DNA of 64,000 bases from Kudoa neothunni (taxonomy: Eukaryota; Animalia; Cnidaria). The stretch is taken from positions 6,931,731-6,995,730 of the forward strand of contig OZ199838.1 in the NCBI GenBank assembly GCA_964304625.1. Direction: 5' to 3'. Shown in pieces: positions 13,511-26,484 of the stretch (the first letter of the stretch is position 1; the number at the start of each line of letters is the position of its first letter). The notes below the pieces were generated by a model. That model saw nothing but the letters and a program-made list of their open reading frames with translations. It ran no database searches and was not told the DNA's origin. The position numbers were made by a program, and so were the translations under genes.

Positions 13511-15392
13511 GGCAGTGGCTATTGCAACGGGAGGAAATAACTCGAAAACTAACATGTCTATAAAAACTTCAATTTCGTTTTATGATAAATGATTTTTTCG
13601 CCAAAAAGTTAAAATATTATAAAAGGAATCCAAGATAACAAATTTTCGTATTTTATGGCAATGAATTCAGAGGTTAAGAATTATTTTTAAGTCCTTAATT
13701 AGCGATTTATAATTTATAAACGTGATAATCTTTTCCATAATTCATAGTAATATAAATTGTTTCAATTAAAAGATCCAAATTCGCCGGACTTGCGCATGAA
13801 TGAAGAAGCACCGCTATAACGCTAAACACAATAATAATGCACTGTTAACATATCGCATAAAATATTAGATCTTTTTATTTCGCGATCCTAATTTTCTACA
13901 TATTAAATGATCTATCTTTTCGCTATATAAAGATGCAAATTAGCTTTATTATACCGAAATTTATTTAGGGATTAATAACATGAAAATTTTTGATTTCCAT
14001 CTATTAATTGTTTTATTATTTACCCTGCTTTCTTTTTCTAGGAAGGCCGACAACCGTAAGCGCAGCACCTCTAAGACGCCCAACACTGTTTACTTTAGAT
14101 CAGGGGTCGGATAATCATTTCAAAGTAGGAGGTAGGCCAGAATATATTTAAATCCAGTAGATGTAATGAATTTTTCACAATACACTTGAAAATTGGATTA
14201 GTAAATTTATATTTTGAAATTTAAAAGAATATATTTTTATTTTAACGAGAAAAAGAAACATAACGAACGTGAAAGTTCGATATTTTTATGAGGGAATTAC
14301 TGATTTTATAAAATTTTTTATTTCATAATTTACTTGATATTTTTGGTGCTGAATTTAAACGTTTATATATTCAAATTATGGTTCTAAATCGTAAAGATTA
14401 ATAATTAAACATTTCCATTAGCTACAATAAAACTAATATCATACAATCAGTAAAATTAAGTAAGGAATTTGCTCGGGGAAAAATTTTAATCTTTATTTTT
14501 TAAAGCACTTTTATGTTTAAAAAAAGGGAATAATACCTAAGTAATATAGTTCACATTGCTATTAAGCTTATTTATATGCTGAAGAGATCGACATTAAAGG
14601 TTGGGGAAATCATATAAGCACCGTCAAAAAAATTAACTTTATCGGTGACATCACTTGCGGGGGCCGGTCGTTGCCGACCTCTGTCTTAAAAGGATCTTGA
14701 TTTTATTATAATAATCATATTTTTGTTTTTATGTAGAGAATTATTACCCATTACCCTCAAATTATTTCGACGTAACATCGAATCAAGGAAATGACACATT
14801 ATTCCTTAAAAACTACCATATCTTTAACAAAAAATCTATTTTTAAAGTCCTATATATAGTATAAATAAATCTAACTCGAAATCATAGATTCGTGTTTATT
14901 TCGTAGATTGAGACATAGCTTTAAATACAATGAGTTGTACATTAATACACATTATTCATATTATAAATTTTGAGAAAAAAATCTTTAATTAGTGTGTTAA
15001 TAATTCTCCATAATAGCATGTATCGAATCAAAGGGATGTTAACAGACGAAAGAACCAGTACCACTAGTTAACTAAATCTTACGTAATGGCGCGGACTCCT
15101 GAGCGTGGTAATTCATACTATAGAAAGCATACGATTTACATAAAATTTTTGCAATTATGAAAGTTTATTGTCTTAGAAAGCTTTTTTTAGTGTTCCTACG
15201 ATCTATCAAATCAAAATGACATTATGAATTTACTTAATTTTCAATAACAACCTTGAAAATTCCACCATATTATATTTCCCCCAAAATTTGAAATTATTTG
15301 GAGAAAAAATCATTTATTATAAAAACGAAATTAAAATTTTTATAGACATGTTAGTTTTCGAGTTATTTCCTCCCGTTGCAATAGCCACTGGC
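13511..15392. mobile_element. Non-autonomous MULE
   Basis: About 55-bp TIRs GGCAGTGGCTATTGCAACGGGAGGAAATAACTCGAAAACTAACATGTCTATAAAAA, inverted at about 15337-15392. The 9-bp TSD reads TTAAATTAT/TTAAATTGT. Confidence 0.85.
14101..14683. mobile_element. hAT-family non-autonomous element nested in the MULE
   Basis: Ends CAGGGGTCGG and GCGGGGGCCGGTCGTTGCCGACCTCTG are Charlie/Buster-like. The flanks are degenerate nnnTAnnn. Confidence 0.6.
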
Positions 15393-16639
15393 TTAAATTG
15401 TTGATTGTTTGAGTTCCACAGTTGGCACAAGCGCTTCATCTTTTACAAAAGTTGGAGCGAAATTTTCGCGGAATTTATCAATTGTATACGCTTCAGGTAA
15501 AGTTATTGATTCCTCATGTATTTTTCCCTCTTTTTCAATATTGTTGGTTTCGTCATATTTTAATCTAAAAATTAAAGTTGATAAACAATTAAATAGTGTG
15601 ACGAAATTTTCAACGTTATTTTCAGAAAAATCTTGAGATAAGTTTGCATTATCTATTAATTAATCTTTAATTTGGTATATTTGTAGTATCGATGTACAAT
15701 GTTCAAAAAGTTTAGGTTTTTTAAATCAATTTTGAATTATAGTCGATGATACGTTTTTCCATGCTTGATTTAAAGTTTTAATAAAACCAAAATGATATAC
15801 TTAATTAAATTTGAATTATCTATATTTATTACGTTGCACTCTTCGTATCGTAGTGAAATTTTTTAAAAATTAATTCCAAATCTATTTTTAAATTCGATAA
15901 ATCAACCGTTACTACCGCTGAATTTGTTAATACTCATGGATTTGCGATACTTTTTGTTTTTTCAACAATTAAGTAGGCAGGAGCAACCTTCTTTTCATTT
16001 CGCATTTTAGTTATTCATGTATAGAATAAATTAACAAACTCTGTGTACATGTCTTCTTTTTTTTTGAAGCCGAAATGATAGAATTAATAATATCATGTGA
16101 GAAGCTAAGATTCTATTAATAGTAGAATGCCTGGCAAATATATTACATTGGGATTAGATAATTTTATGTTATTAGATGGCGAGCTCAATTAACATTAATT
16201 TAAATAAGATAAAAGCAAAGTTTGGGTAAAAAATTTAAAATATCCTTTATATTTCAATGAATGTTGAAGTTACGCAATATCCAGATTCGACTGTACTAAG
16301 GTTTATTGTAATTAATATTTTACATGTAAAAAATCTTTATTTAATATCAAATAACGCCAAGGTACATAAAATCCGTAGTGACCGATTTTACGTACCTTTT
16401 TGTTTGAATTCCTATACCATTTGCGGATTTTACGCAATCACTAACTATGGTCGCTGATAGCGAGAGGCATAGAACATTTAAAGAGAAATATGGAATATTG
16501 AAATTCTTACCTCTAAAAATGTAAAAACATTTTCTATTCGTCATTTCAATATTTCCATATTGTATTCTCCTTGTGAAATAAAAAATGAAATTACTTCATA
16601 ATATGAATCGGGTTTCGTCAATTTGAAGTGCAAGAATTT

Positions 16640-17700
16640 AGCAAAGAGGAAAGATTTTACAACAGATGTCTAAGTTTAAGATTGGATGAATTTAATGTGA
16701 TCGAATAAACATTAGTTAAAGACAAACGGTATTATTTAAAATATAATGAATTAGCAGGATCGAATTATAAAAAAGCGGATAAAATTTGGTTGGTTTAAAG
16801 CCTCGAGTTTCGATTAAATTGGAATAAAATCAACTTACACAGTGAATTAGATACTGCCGACAATAAAATAATTGAAGAATAGAAGACTACATTATCCGAT
16901 ATGTAGAAAAGTTATTCCATAGTCGTATATATAATGTTGACAACACATCATTCTACTTTCAGCGGCAGCGTCGTATTAATGTTATAAAAAATTGTTTATC
17001 ATTCTAATTTGAGGAAAAGCTTTGTAATGCTACATGAATCAACTGGAGATGCGTACAAAAAATTAAAAAAATAGAGTTTGTATACTGTTTGATGCTTCGA
17101 TTACAGGAGAAAAACTAGACCTGTTTATTATTGGTCGTTGTGCCAAACCCGGTAGTTTTAAGAGCGCTGAATTGTTACCTTGGTCCTATGAAAATATTGA
17201 AAATCCTGAACGTCTATATCTCTATTCGAAGAAATTTTAATTATTCCAAACAGATATTTCAAACGTAAAAATGAAAAGTCCTTATTGCTCATGGACAACG
17301 CGTCTTATTCTCAATATAATTTATGAGATATTAAATCGACCTTTTCCAAAAAATATATCAAACATACTACAGCCAATGGATCGGGACATTATTCGACCGT
17401 TTAAGTTGCACTATAAAAGCTTTATGATTCGTAGATAAATTTCACGAGTCGAGAATGACTTTATATGACTCCTCAAAATATGCTCGATACACTCATGCTT
17501 ATTATAATGTCTTTGGGGAAAATTTACGCGACCACTCGTAGTCATTAGTCTTAATAAAGCATTCTCTATTCCCGTTGATTTAATTTTACGCCCCGAATGA
17601 ACCGCCAAATTATCGGATATGGATAAAAAATAGGATGAAATTGCCGAAATGATACTCGAGTAGGAGATTGACATAGATTATATGAATGGTATTAATGAAA
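16640..17700 (+). pseudogene. pogo/Tigger transposase remnant
   Basis: Broken motifs IYNVDNTSFYF, GEKLDLFIIGRCAKP, LLLMDNA and LQPMDRDIIRPFKLHY. Boundaries are approximate. Confidence 0.75.
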
Positions 17701-17817
17701 ATAAGGATGATATGTAATAGACTATGAAGGATATCGAACAGGAAAGGGTATGAATAACACGTATAAATGTAATTCAATAAGTACTATTCAAAATAGGTTT
17801 ATAACTTTTTCATAATA

Positions 17818-18837
17818 TTAATCACGAGAAATATCATCCATTAAATGACATTTCGGAAAGATGATAAAAACTTTTGATTTCATCCTCCGAAACAGACTCT
17901 GCCGCAGCCTTCATTCTTGAAATCAAATCATCCGTTCCGCGCAAAGGGCCGTCTTTTCTAACCCTAGATTTAATAAGCGAGAAGACTTCCTCACATGGGT
18001 TAAGAAACGGCGAATACCTAGGCAGGTAACGTATTTTCTCTCAAATTCGTCATAAAATTCCGCATTTGCGTGATGAAAACTTACATTATCCATGGCAATA
18101 ACGAAATTATCCTCCATAATATCTTCAATTTCTCTGAGGAAGTCTTGGAATATGTCTGTGTTGACAGATGAAAATACAGCCTCGCAATGTACCAGGCCAG
18201 TTCTACATATCGCCAATATCATCGTAACGTTTGGGCCACGACTATTTGGTAATGTCACATTAGGAGTTGTTCCTCTTGGTGATCTTCCGTGGGCCCCCAG
18301 CATATGGAGATTGAAAGGACTTTCGTCCACAAATACAAGTTTTGTGTATCTTGTGTTGATGTCTAACTGCGTATACCATTTGGCGTACACATTCCTTTCC
18401 CTCTTTACATCGGGAGAATTCCTACTCGAGGGAACTGGCCGGGTTAGTTAAGTGTTATATTCATGTCTTTAAGCCACCTCCAGACAGTAGTGGGACAGGG
18501 ATTTAATTGTAATTGTACGATCGTCTTGAATTAATCGAATAAGATTATTTTTTATTTGATCGTTAAAAACAACCCTTCTAACACCCCTCGAGGAGATTTT
18601 TTATCCGATAGGGTGATGTAATATTTTTTGACAATACTGTTTACAGTCGATGGGGAATATCCAAAAATTCCGCCACTTCTGCTTGGGTTTTTCCCCTTTT
18701 TAACAATTTGTTCGATAATTTTTTTTCCATTTTCTGCAGAAATAACATTGTATTTGACCATTTTTTACCTCTAGAAAAGGTTGCGCGAAAATCCGAAATT
18801 GATCATCACAATATCCGAAAATGGATGAAAAACCCGG
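17818..18837 (-). mobile_element. Tc1/IS630-like transposon, frameshifted, one TIR visible
   Basis: FVDESPFN...MDNVSFH...(frameshift)YLPRYSPFLNPCEE...RD*. The TIR TGGATGAAAAACCCGG+TA at 18822-18839 matches the element at 29245-30457. Confidence 0.85.
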
Positions 18838-19624
18838 TAGAAATAAACTATTCTTATGTACATAAAACTTAATCTCCTTTTTAAGCATTCGACAATTAAC
18901 ATTACATCGTGTTTATTTAGGTCTCCCTATCAATATGGTATCTTATGATTTGAATAAAAGTTTTATAATATATTAAAGTATTGTTTCTTTCAAATTAATT
19001 TTAATTTATGATAAAGAATTAAAAGATTCGATGAATGACTAAATATTACAAAAATCACTTACTACGGGTAAATTTAATCTATAGATTCCTAAAATTATTA
19101 CAAAAATATCATCTCTAATTTTAATTAAATAATCTATGAAAAATACTTTCCGATAATTGGGTGACTCTATTTGATCAATTTATACTTGGGCCAAAAAGGG
19201 ATCCACTGAACTTTCTAGAATCAACTAAAATTTCAACAACCGCAATCCAAAATAACTATTGGCCTTAATTTTCGGATTAATCGCTGTTAGAAAACAAGGC
19301 AAACGATTGGACGAAACAATCAAATCATGTTGGACGATATTCTTATCAACTTCAATTATATTAAATTTTACATACCAAAATTGTGAAAAATTTTATTAAT
19401 ATTTAAAAAGAAGAGCTCTTAAGACTTCAATTTAATATACACGAGCATATGTAGAAACTAAAAAATTCAATTTTTTTGCTCGTGCCAAAAAACAAACAAT
19501 ATAAAATGCAAGAAAGTGAATGGAAACAAATATGTTCGGGATGACTGTACAAACAAGAATGTATTTATACATGTCACAGATAATAGTTTGGTATTTAAAA
19601 TTAAATTTTCAAATCGAATACACA

Positions 19625-20726
19625 TTATTTTCTTGCCCGATAAACACTGTAAAATAAAATAGCAGATAATACGTACCTAAAAAGTAATGTAAAAATAATC
19701 AAATTCAACCTAAAATTACCAAAAAATCAAATATTCAGTGTGCATATTATAATGGTCAACTTCAGGTGTATAGGTGAGGGGTTCACCAGGTTCCCTCATG
19801 TGATCCTTGGAGGGAGCTTTTTGGAGGTAATATTGACCATAGTTATGCAAAAGCCACAGGCGCTTATGAGTTAATGTGGATGCTAAAACAAAACTAGGTT
19901 TTATTTTCATCAGCATATGCAAAATTACGCATATATAATCTACGAAAATAGCCTTCAACCACAGTGTCACCTTTGTGCTAAAAAACATCAAATGATCACA
20001 ACCACCAACTCAATTAACTACCATCTGACAATATTCATTAAAAGCAGGTGTTTCACTATGTCGAAGCAATCCCAGATCAACCAATATAGTTTTACTAAGG
20101 CCGAATTAAAATGAATGCAGTCTAATCATGTGGATTCATTCTACCCATTAGATTTGAGTTTGAAGGGTACATAAGCATGAAAATCAGCAACGGTGTTGTG
20201 ATTACAACCTTCAAGAAAAAGACAAGGTCCCACTTTGGCAAGTTCATCAAATAGAAATTCTCCTTCGAGTCTTACTTTTTTAAATAAATTTCTTGCCACA
20301 CATCTACCATAATCGTCATATATTTAGCTGCTTAAAAAAATATCAATCACTTTGGAAGCTTTTCTACAATAGGATCATTCATATTTTGTATAGATTTTAG
20401 TATGAGGCCTTCTCGTCTTCTATGACGATATAATTGCCAAGTGCCAAGACAAAAGCAAGTGATTGGGAAGATATATGAGCTGAATGGAGTTTTTTTGATC
20501 TCACTGAACTGCTTTGGAACTTTTTTAGTCACACCTTGTGTAACCTCGTTGGTTTCATCACTCATCCATCGTTTCATGTGGCTGAACAACGAATCCTTAT
20601 TTGGGTTTTTATTAGAATATGAAAAATATGTGGTCAGATTCAGCGGTGTTAAAGTGCGTTTCCAGCCACTAGGTTAATTAATATTAGACTACTGGATATC
20701 TAACACAACTACCTCCAAATCGTCAT
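19625..20726 (-). CDS. SURF1: SURF1/Shy1-like cytochrome c oxidase assembly factor, 7 exons
   Basis: The spliced product has TM1 FPITCFCLGTWQLYR, KVRLEGEF, ILVDLG (canonical ILVNRG) and C-terminal NMHTEYLIFW|YVIS (canonical NxHxxYxxTWY). All introns are GT-AG and keep the frame. Confidence 0.85.
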
Positions 20727-20920
20727 TTCAATTTTAAATATCTTAGAGCATGCGCCAAAGTCCATATGGTCATGTAGATTTTGATTTGAATGTTCAAGGA
20801 GTATCTTTTTAAAACAATAATTTTTTGCATTTGAATTATAAATCAACTCAAGCTGATAAAAAACTCATTTATGCGCACATAAAATCCTCATATATTTTTG
20901 TAAAATATAAAAATAAGAAT

Positions 20921-21885
20921 TTATAACAAGTTTGAAAGTTCTTCATGCTTTTGTTGTAGCAGTTCGTTGATCTTTTGCTTATACAAATTAAACACACCAA
21001 GGATCTAAATAGTGACACATAGTAATTCCTAAAAACCGGTCAATTCTAATTATTTACTATTCCTTTCTGAATAATTGACTGATGTATTGAAATATTTTGT
21101 TTGATGATTTTGTCGATCAAATTATGACAATAATCCATCATTTCATCCTCTATAGTTTTCGCATATTCTACAGCATTATTGTAAAGCCCATCACAAAACG
21201 ACTGGGATACGCTAAATAAATTCAATGAAAACCTTAGATAATGATTTCAAATATTAAATAGCAAATACACTGGGAAAGGAAATTTAATAATGTTATCAAC
21301 ATTCACATTAGCATAGATTGGAAGATGGCAAGCTGACAGTCCTCCCAAAATCATCCTCAAATCCTATAGCACCATTTTTAATAAATGAGTCGTTGGTTAC
21401 CGCGGCTTGAATAAGATACTTGTTTGTTGTTGGTTTGTGGACTAACAACAATACAATTCTCTTCTCCGGTAACCATAGCAACATCTCCAATTTTGTTAGT
21501 AGATTTACCATTTTGGCAACATAAATCAATGCCTTTTACATATTCTAGAACAAGATTCAGGAAAGGTTACAAATCTTCAAAAGCATACCTAACGATAGCT
21601 TAACAGAAAATTTGTCGTCGAACGCTTTTTTTCGAATCTCATAAATTTTATCAAGAACATTGTAAAGTTTTTTAATGTCAGGGTCAGCATTCTCACGGCT
21701 AGGAACCTCGATATCAACTAGAAAACCAATAGAAAAGTGCAAATTTAAAAGCTAAAACTTTTTGGAGGATCCAAAACTCTCTTTTCTCCAAAAGTTGTGG
21801 CAATTAATGACGCATTCCTACAGAAAAATAAGCACTGCATTTGAATGAAAACAGGAAAGTTTGAAATTCTACGCAAAGCCCACAT
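20921..21885 (-). CDS. MRRF: Probable mitochondrial ribosome recycling factor, highly divergent, 6 exons
   Basis: Presequence-like MWALRRISNF, then KIGDVAMV...CIVVSP...DLRMILGGL...IIKFPFPVVS, helical segments and a C-terminal YKQKINELLQQKHEEL. This matches the RRF pattern (idxllxxKekel). Recognised by eye only. Confidence 0.6.
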
Positions 21886-22276
21886 TTATACACCACGTGA
21901 CATCAATGTAGAATGTCCGCGCATACGAACCATCTTTCCATCTCACTTAAACTGCGGTGGGTGACGGGTAATGCTCAGTATGGCTAATACACACTTTTTC
22001 TATTGCATAAAAAATGCCGTTTGTTGAGCTCATTATCCAAGTTGATAATTATAAACTTAGTTTAGCTGAGTTATTAAAAACGAAAAATAATTTTCTAACA
22101 ATAATACAGTAAAATACATACATTAAAACGTATTGCTGGCTAATTCGCTCGTTCTTTCGGTACCCAGGGATTAAGTATTACCCCTCGCTCATTGTGTACA
22201 CAATCAATTTGAACGCAAAAAGATAAAAACTCCAATAAAATTCAAACACCTAACTATAACATTGAGATATTAGGAT

Positions 22277-23188
22277 TTAAGCATTAAGTGCAAGATTGGT
22301 TAGCTCATGAGTGAACTGTTGGTAAGGATTCTTCTTCAATCTAGAATCAGCCCACATATCAGGAGTCAAGAAATCGTAGGTTTTTCTAAGAGCTTGACAC
22401 GTAGCCGACGCGAAATTCAACACTGTCGAGGTGTGACCAACCGAACAAGTGAAACAATCCTCTATTCCAGCCATCTCCAAAAGTTTCTTTGGAACAGGTG
22501 CAGCTACTAGACCAGTGCCGCGAGGAGCAGGAATCAATCTCACCATCACAGAACCACACTTACCAGTCAACTATAACTGAAGATCACAAGGGGTTCAACC
22601 AACATAAAAGCTCACTTTGCATGGCACAGTATGTGGTTTGCCAATCTTATTTCCCCAATAACCAAACTTAACTGGAACCATTCTCAATTTTGCATCAATA
22701 ATTGCACTGTTGATTGCCTTGGCAACTTCTTTAGAAACTTTAACATCCCAAACCTACATGGCCATTCTGATCACCAATAACCACAATAGCTCTAAAGCGA
22801 GTTCTTTGACCGGCACATGTTTGCTTCTGTACCGGCTTCACTTTTAGAATTTCGTTTTGCAATTCATCTTGTGTGAAGTGATCTATTATTTCGCTTTCCT
22901 ACACAATAAAATCCAACAGTCAACTCGGATGCTCACTGAAACAACTAAAACCTTTATGGGAAGGGCGTGTAGGTAGATTTCCTCGAGTGATTTAATCAAA
23001 CCAGCTTTCACTAGACGTCCCAACTTTGTCACTGGAACCCACACTTTTCCACCTCGGTCACCACGTCTTGGAGGTCCTCTTCTTCTTGGACGACCACGGG
23101 GGCCACCACCTCTAGAACGTTGGTTATCGCCAAAACCACGTCTTTCTCGCTGTGTTCCTTGTGTTCTTTGATCAGGTTGTTGTTCCAT
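22277..23188 (-). CDS. RPS2: 40S ribosomal protein S2 (uS5); one apparent +1 frameshift near 22742
   Basis: RG-rich N-terminus, [42 protein letters not shown]|[20 protein letters not shown] and YDFLTPDMW. Two coding introns. Exon 2 needs one base removed at GGA-TGT-TAA. Confidence 0.93.
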
Positions 23189-24168
23189 TTCGCTACAGCC
23201 AATAGATATAAGTTAAGGTAATTACAAGGGTAAAGTTACACGACAGGCAGTACGAATCACGCTTCTCCTGCAGCGATCGTTCCCGAATATGATTTCGGAT
23301 AACATCAACGTCGGGATTCTTGTGTAGGTGTATGCTTTCAAGATTATAATTAAAAATGTTTAGATTCGTTTTTGGAGAAATTATTTAAGTAATTCTAATT
23401 AGGCTGATTGAATACTTTATGAAGTTGATTTACGAGTCTGCGCACATATGTATTCATTATGTTTTACATTTTTTTTACATTTAACAATGTTCTTTTTAAT
23501 GAAAATGGGTTTAGTAACCGAAAAGAATTTAAAATGAACTTTTCCCTTATTATTTTCTTAAATTAACTTCTTGAGCTAAATGAAATTTAATGCCTGATTG
23601 AGAGTTTCTCGAAAAGTGGTATTTCTTTTTTAAATATAAACTTATAGGACCATTTTAGATGAAACTATAAAACTAAGAATTATTTAGTTACGATTTTTGA
23701 ATTCCATTGACTAAATTGATTGTTATAATCTCATTATTGTCTCAAAAATAAAGTGGGTTTCCCTAAAGTTTGGTAAATTTTAACAATTCTGAATCTTCAA
23801 TATTTTAGCTCATTTTATTTTTTGAGAAAATGGGCGGAAATCATTTGTGGAAATAATTTTGGTAATGGAGGAATTTTCGATCATTCTCAGTGATTAGGAA
23901 ATCGATGTTAATTCCTTTAAACTAGGGTTTCTAAGTGTCCGGCGTCAAGCGCGTGAAATGAAATGCACCGCGTATCAATCTTTCACATTACGCATCACGC
24001 TTTTCATCTCATTCACCCTTAAAAGCACTATAAACTTAAACTTACTTTAAATTAAATTTAAGAAAATTACGGAATGATTATGTTAATTATTGGGTTTGAG
24101 AGTGACATCTAAGTATGGTTTCTTAGTTGAAACCCCTGAAGACCACAGTTCTCTCATTTTTGCCTTAA

Positions 24169-26346
24169 CCCACCGAGCATCTCAAAAACGACTACACACT
24201 AAGCAGTTTTGGGGCCAAAGAGGACCACAGATTTTTATTGCTTATTTTGATACACAATATTATGAAATCTAATTATATCCGTTTAAAAGTTTTTTACTCG
24301 AGCGATAACGAAATAATCATAACTTACTCGTGTGGCGAGGCTAGTCGATATCTTCCGAATAGTTAGTTATCAATTTTACGTGTTTAAATATTAATGAAAG
24401 TGTATTTTAATATACCTTATGATATTTTAACAACATAATTCTGGTTTTATTGATCTTATAATTTTTGAATAACATTTTATTTAATGATATAAAATATTAA
24501 TAATTACCTAACTGAGATTCATAAAAAAATTAGACACATCTAACGTTGCGAGCTCACCTAGAGGGCCAATCATTCATAATAAAATATGGTTTAATAATTA
24601 ATATATTCCTTAACTAAGCTAAAAAGTCTCCAAATTAATAATTAAAAATATAATATGTATCTAAATTAATTTTACTTGTCATTTTTTGCTTCCGTTTGTA
24701 ACAAATAAATCTCGAATGTTTATTACAACGATATTCGGAGAAATTATAACTTTGGTTCTTTATTTTTATATCCAGAGAATCCGAGCTCATAAAACACACC
24801 TTCTTTCTTAGTGGATGGGATATTATCTACCGTATCCACACACCTTAGTTTTGTCATAATCGACGATAACTTGGGGATTTTTGTCTGATCACGGCATAAA
24901 TTAACATTTTTTGAGAACGTCGCCAATAAAATGACCGCGTTGTCCCTTTTTAGGGAAATTGAACAAAAAACTCCCTATATTCCTTGGTTTTAAGAATTAA
25001 TGAGATATTCCATTTATTATGTCTGATAGTCTCCAGAAGGGTTAAACTTTGGTTAAGAAGTTTGTTTGCCAACGGAATCGAAGTGGAAAAATTATCGCAA
25101 CAAATGTTTTCTACTGGCCTTTTTCAAGTGCGACGAGGGCTCTAAAACAACCTTTTCACCAACACATTTAGTAATCTGGTCATTAATTCTTCCAAGATAA
25201 ACGAAAATATCACGTGTATAATTGGTATGAGGGTCAGTTAAATAGAAACAATTTAATGACATAAACCGCAAGTTTTGAGGGAATACCCTGCACAAAAGGA
25301 CACCTGCCTCTCATTGAAACCTAATTATTCGTCAACAGTAAGATAAGCAGAGGGAATTAGACACATCATCAAAATACTTTGCCACCTGTTGAAAACTTCG
25401 GTTACCGGGAAAACTTATCGACTTCTCATCGCAAACTCTTGTCTCACAGTCATAAAAGTGTACCTTTCTGTTTACTCGGATGAATCTATAAAGCAGCATG
25501 ATTCTACGAAGTGTATGACGTCCTTTATTCAGGCTCCACAATTGCTTAAGAGGACTCCATTTTAGATTTAAACATTAACAACATATATTTAATAATTCCT
25601 TTTTATGGTTTATATTTCATTGTATTTAGATTTTCCATTTGCATCTGTAATGAAAAGCACCAAATTTATTAATGTGGGTAATGGCAGAATGGAAAATTCA
25701 TCATCAAAAAAATTAAAAAACTATCCTATAAATCGTAAATTTGGGATGTTACAAATGCAGTCAGACCTAGAAGCGTGTTTAAGATGTTTTCTTTTTTGAT
25801 TTTTGTAGTTGAAGGTGCAAACGAAGACCGTAACATATGGTTTTTGTCCCCTATACGTGTTAGTGATGTCATAATCATCTGAACTATCATATCGAGATGA
25901 GGATAAGCATTCTTTAATAATATCTTCAATTTTACAGCAATCAGAGTCGTAAATTGTTAGAAAACCATCATAAACCTCTTCCATTTCTATCGGTCGGCGG
26001 CAATCGGCGTCTCTCGATCACTACCAGAAACATAAACCTTGATTTTTCTCGTAATTTTCAATGGATGTAACCTTCCAAGATCAAAATATTTTATTTTTTA
26101 TAATTTTATAAATGTTTATGTGAAATAAAAACATGGGGTCCTCTCGGCCCCAAAACTGCTTGGTGTAAGTATCTGATATAAAATCATAGAAAACAAACAA
26201 TTATTAATTTTAAGTTTAATTATGAATATATAGAAACTTTTAAAAGAACAATGATTGCATCCAGCCAATTTAACGTTTTCGATGAGCAGTGAATTGGGAC
26301 TAAAGTCGGCCTCAGGTCCATTTGGACCCCAAAAATGCTTGGAGGG
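24169..26346. mobile_element. piggyBac-like ended element (TTAA target) with degenerate interior
   Basis: TTAA|CCCACCGAGCAT ... ATGCTTGGAGGG|TTAA, with subterminal repeats of the form GG(A/C)CCCAAAA(C/A)TGCTT at about 24200 (inverted), 26145 and 26325. Confidence 0.7.
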
Positions 26347-26484
26347 TTAATAAATCTGTTATTGATGTGACGAATATCACGTTCGGCACTTTAGTAACGC
26401 CGTATGTCGTGTTACAACATGCTCACACTCTAGCCATCGCTTATCAGGTTTTCTCATCACGTTCACGCTTTTTAGAAACTCTTC

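Larger units (their letters stand above)
13103..16293 (-). mobile_element. pogo/Tigger-like element, decayed, hosting nested insertions
   Basis: TIR CAGTCGAATCTtagtTATTGCGTAA at 13103 and its inverse TTACGCAATATCCAGATTCGACTG+TA at 16270-16295. A minus-strand DDE_1 remnant (LNQAWKNVSSTIIQN*FKK) lies near 15715-15785. Confidence 0.65.

Noticed and set aside
23189-23245. Acceptor TAG 4 nt before the RPS2 ATG as a trans-splice site
   Set aside because: A GT donor about 47 nt upstream gives a normal-sized 5'-UTR intron, which is the simpler explanation.
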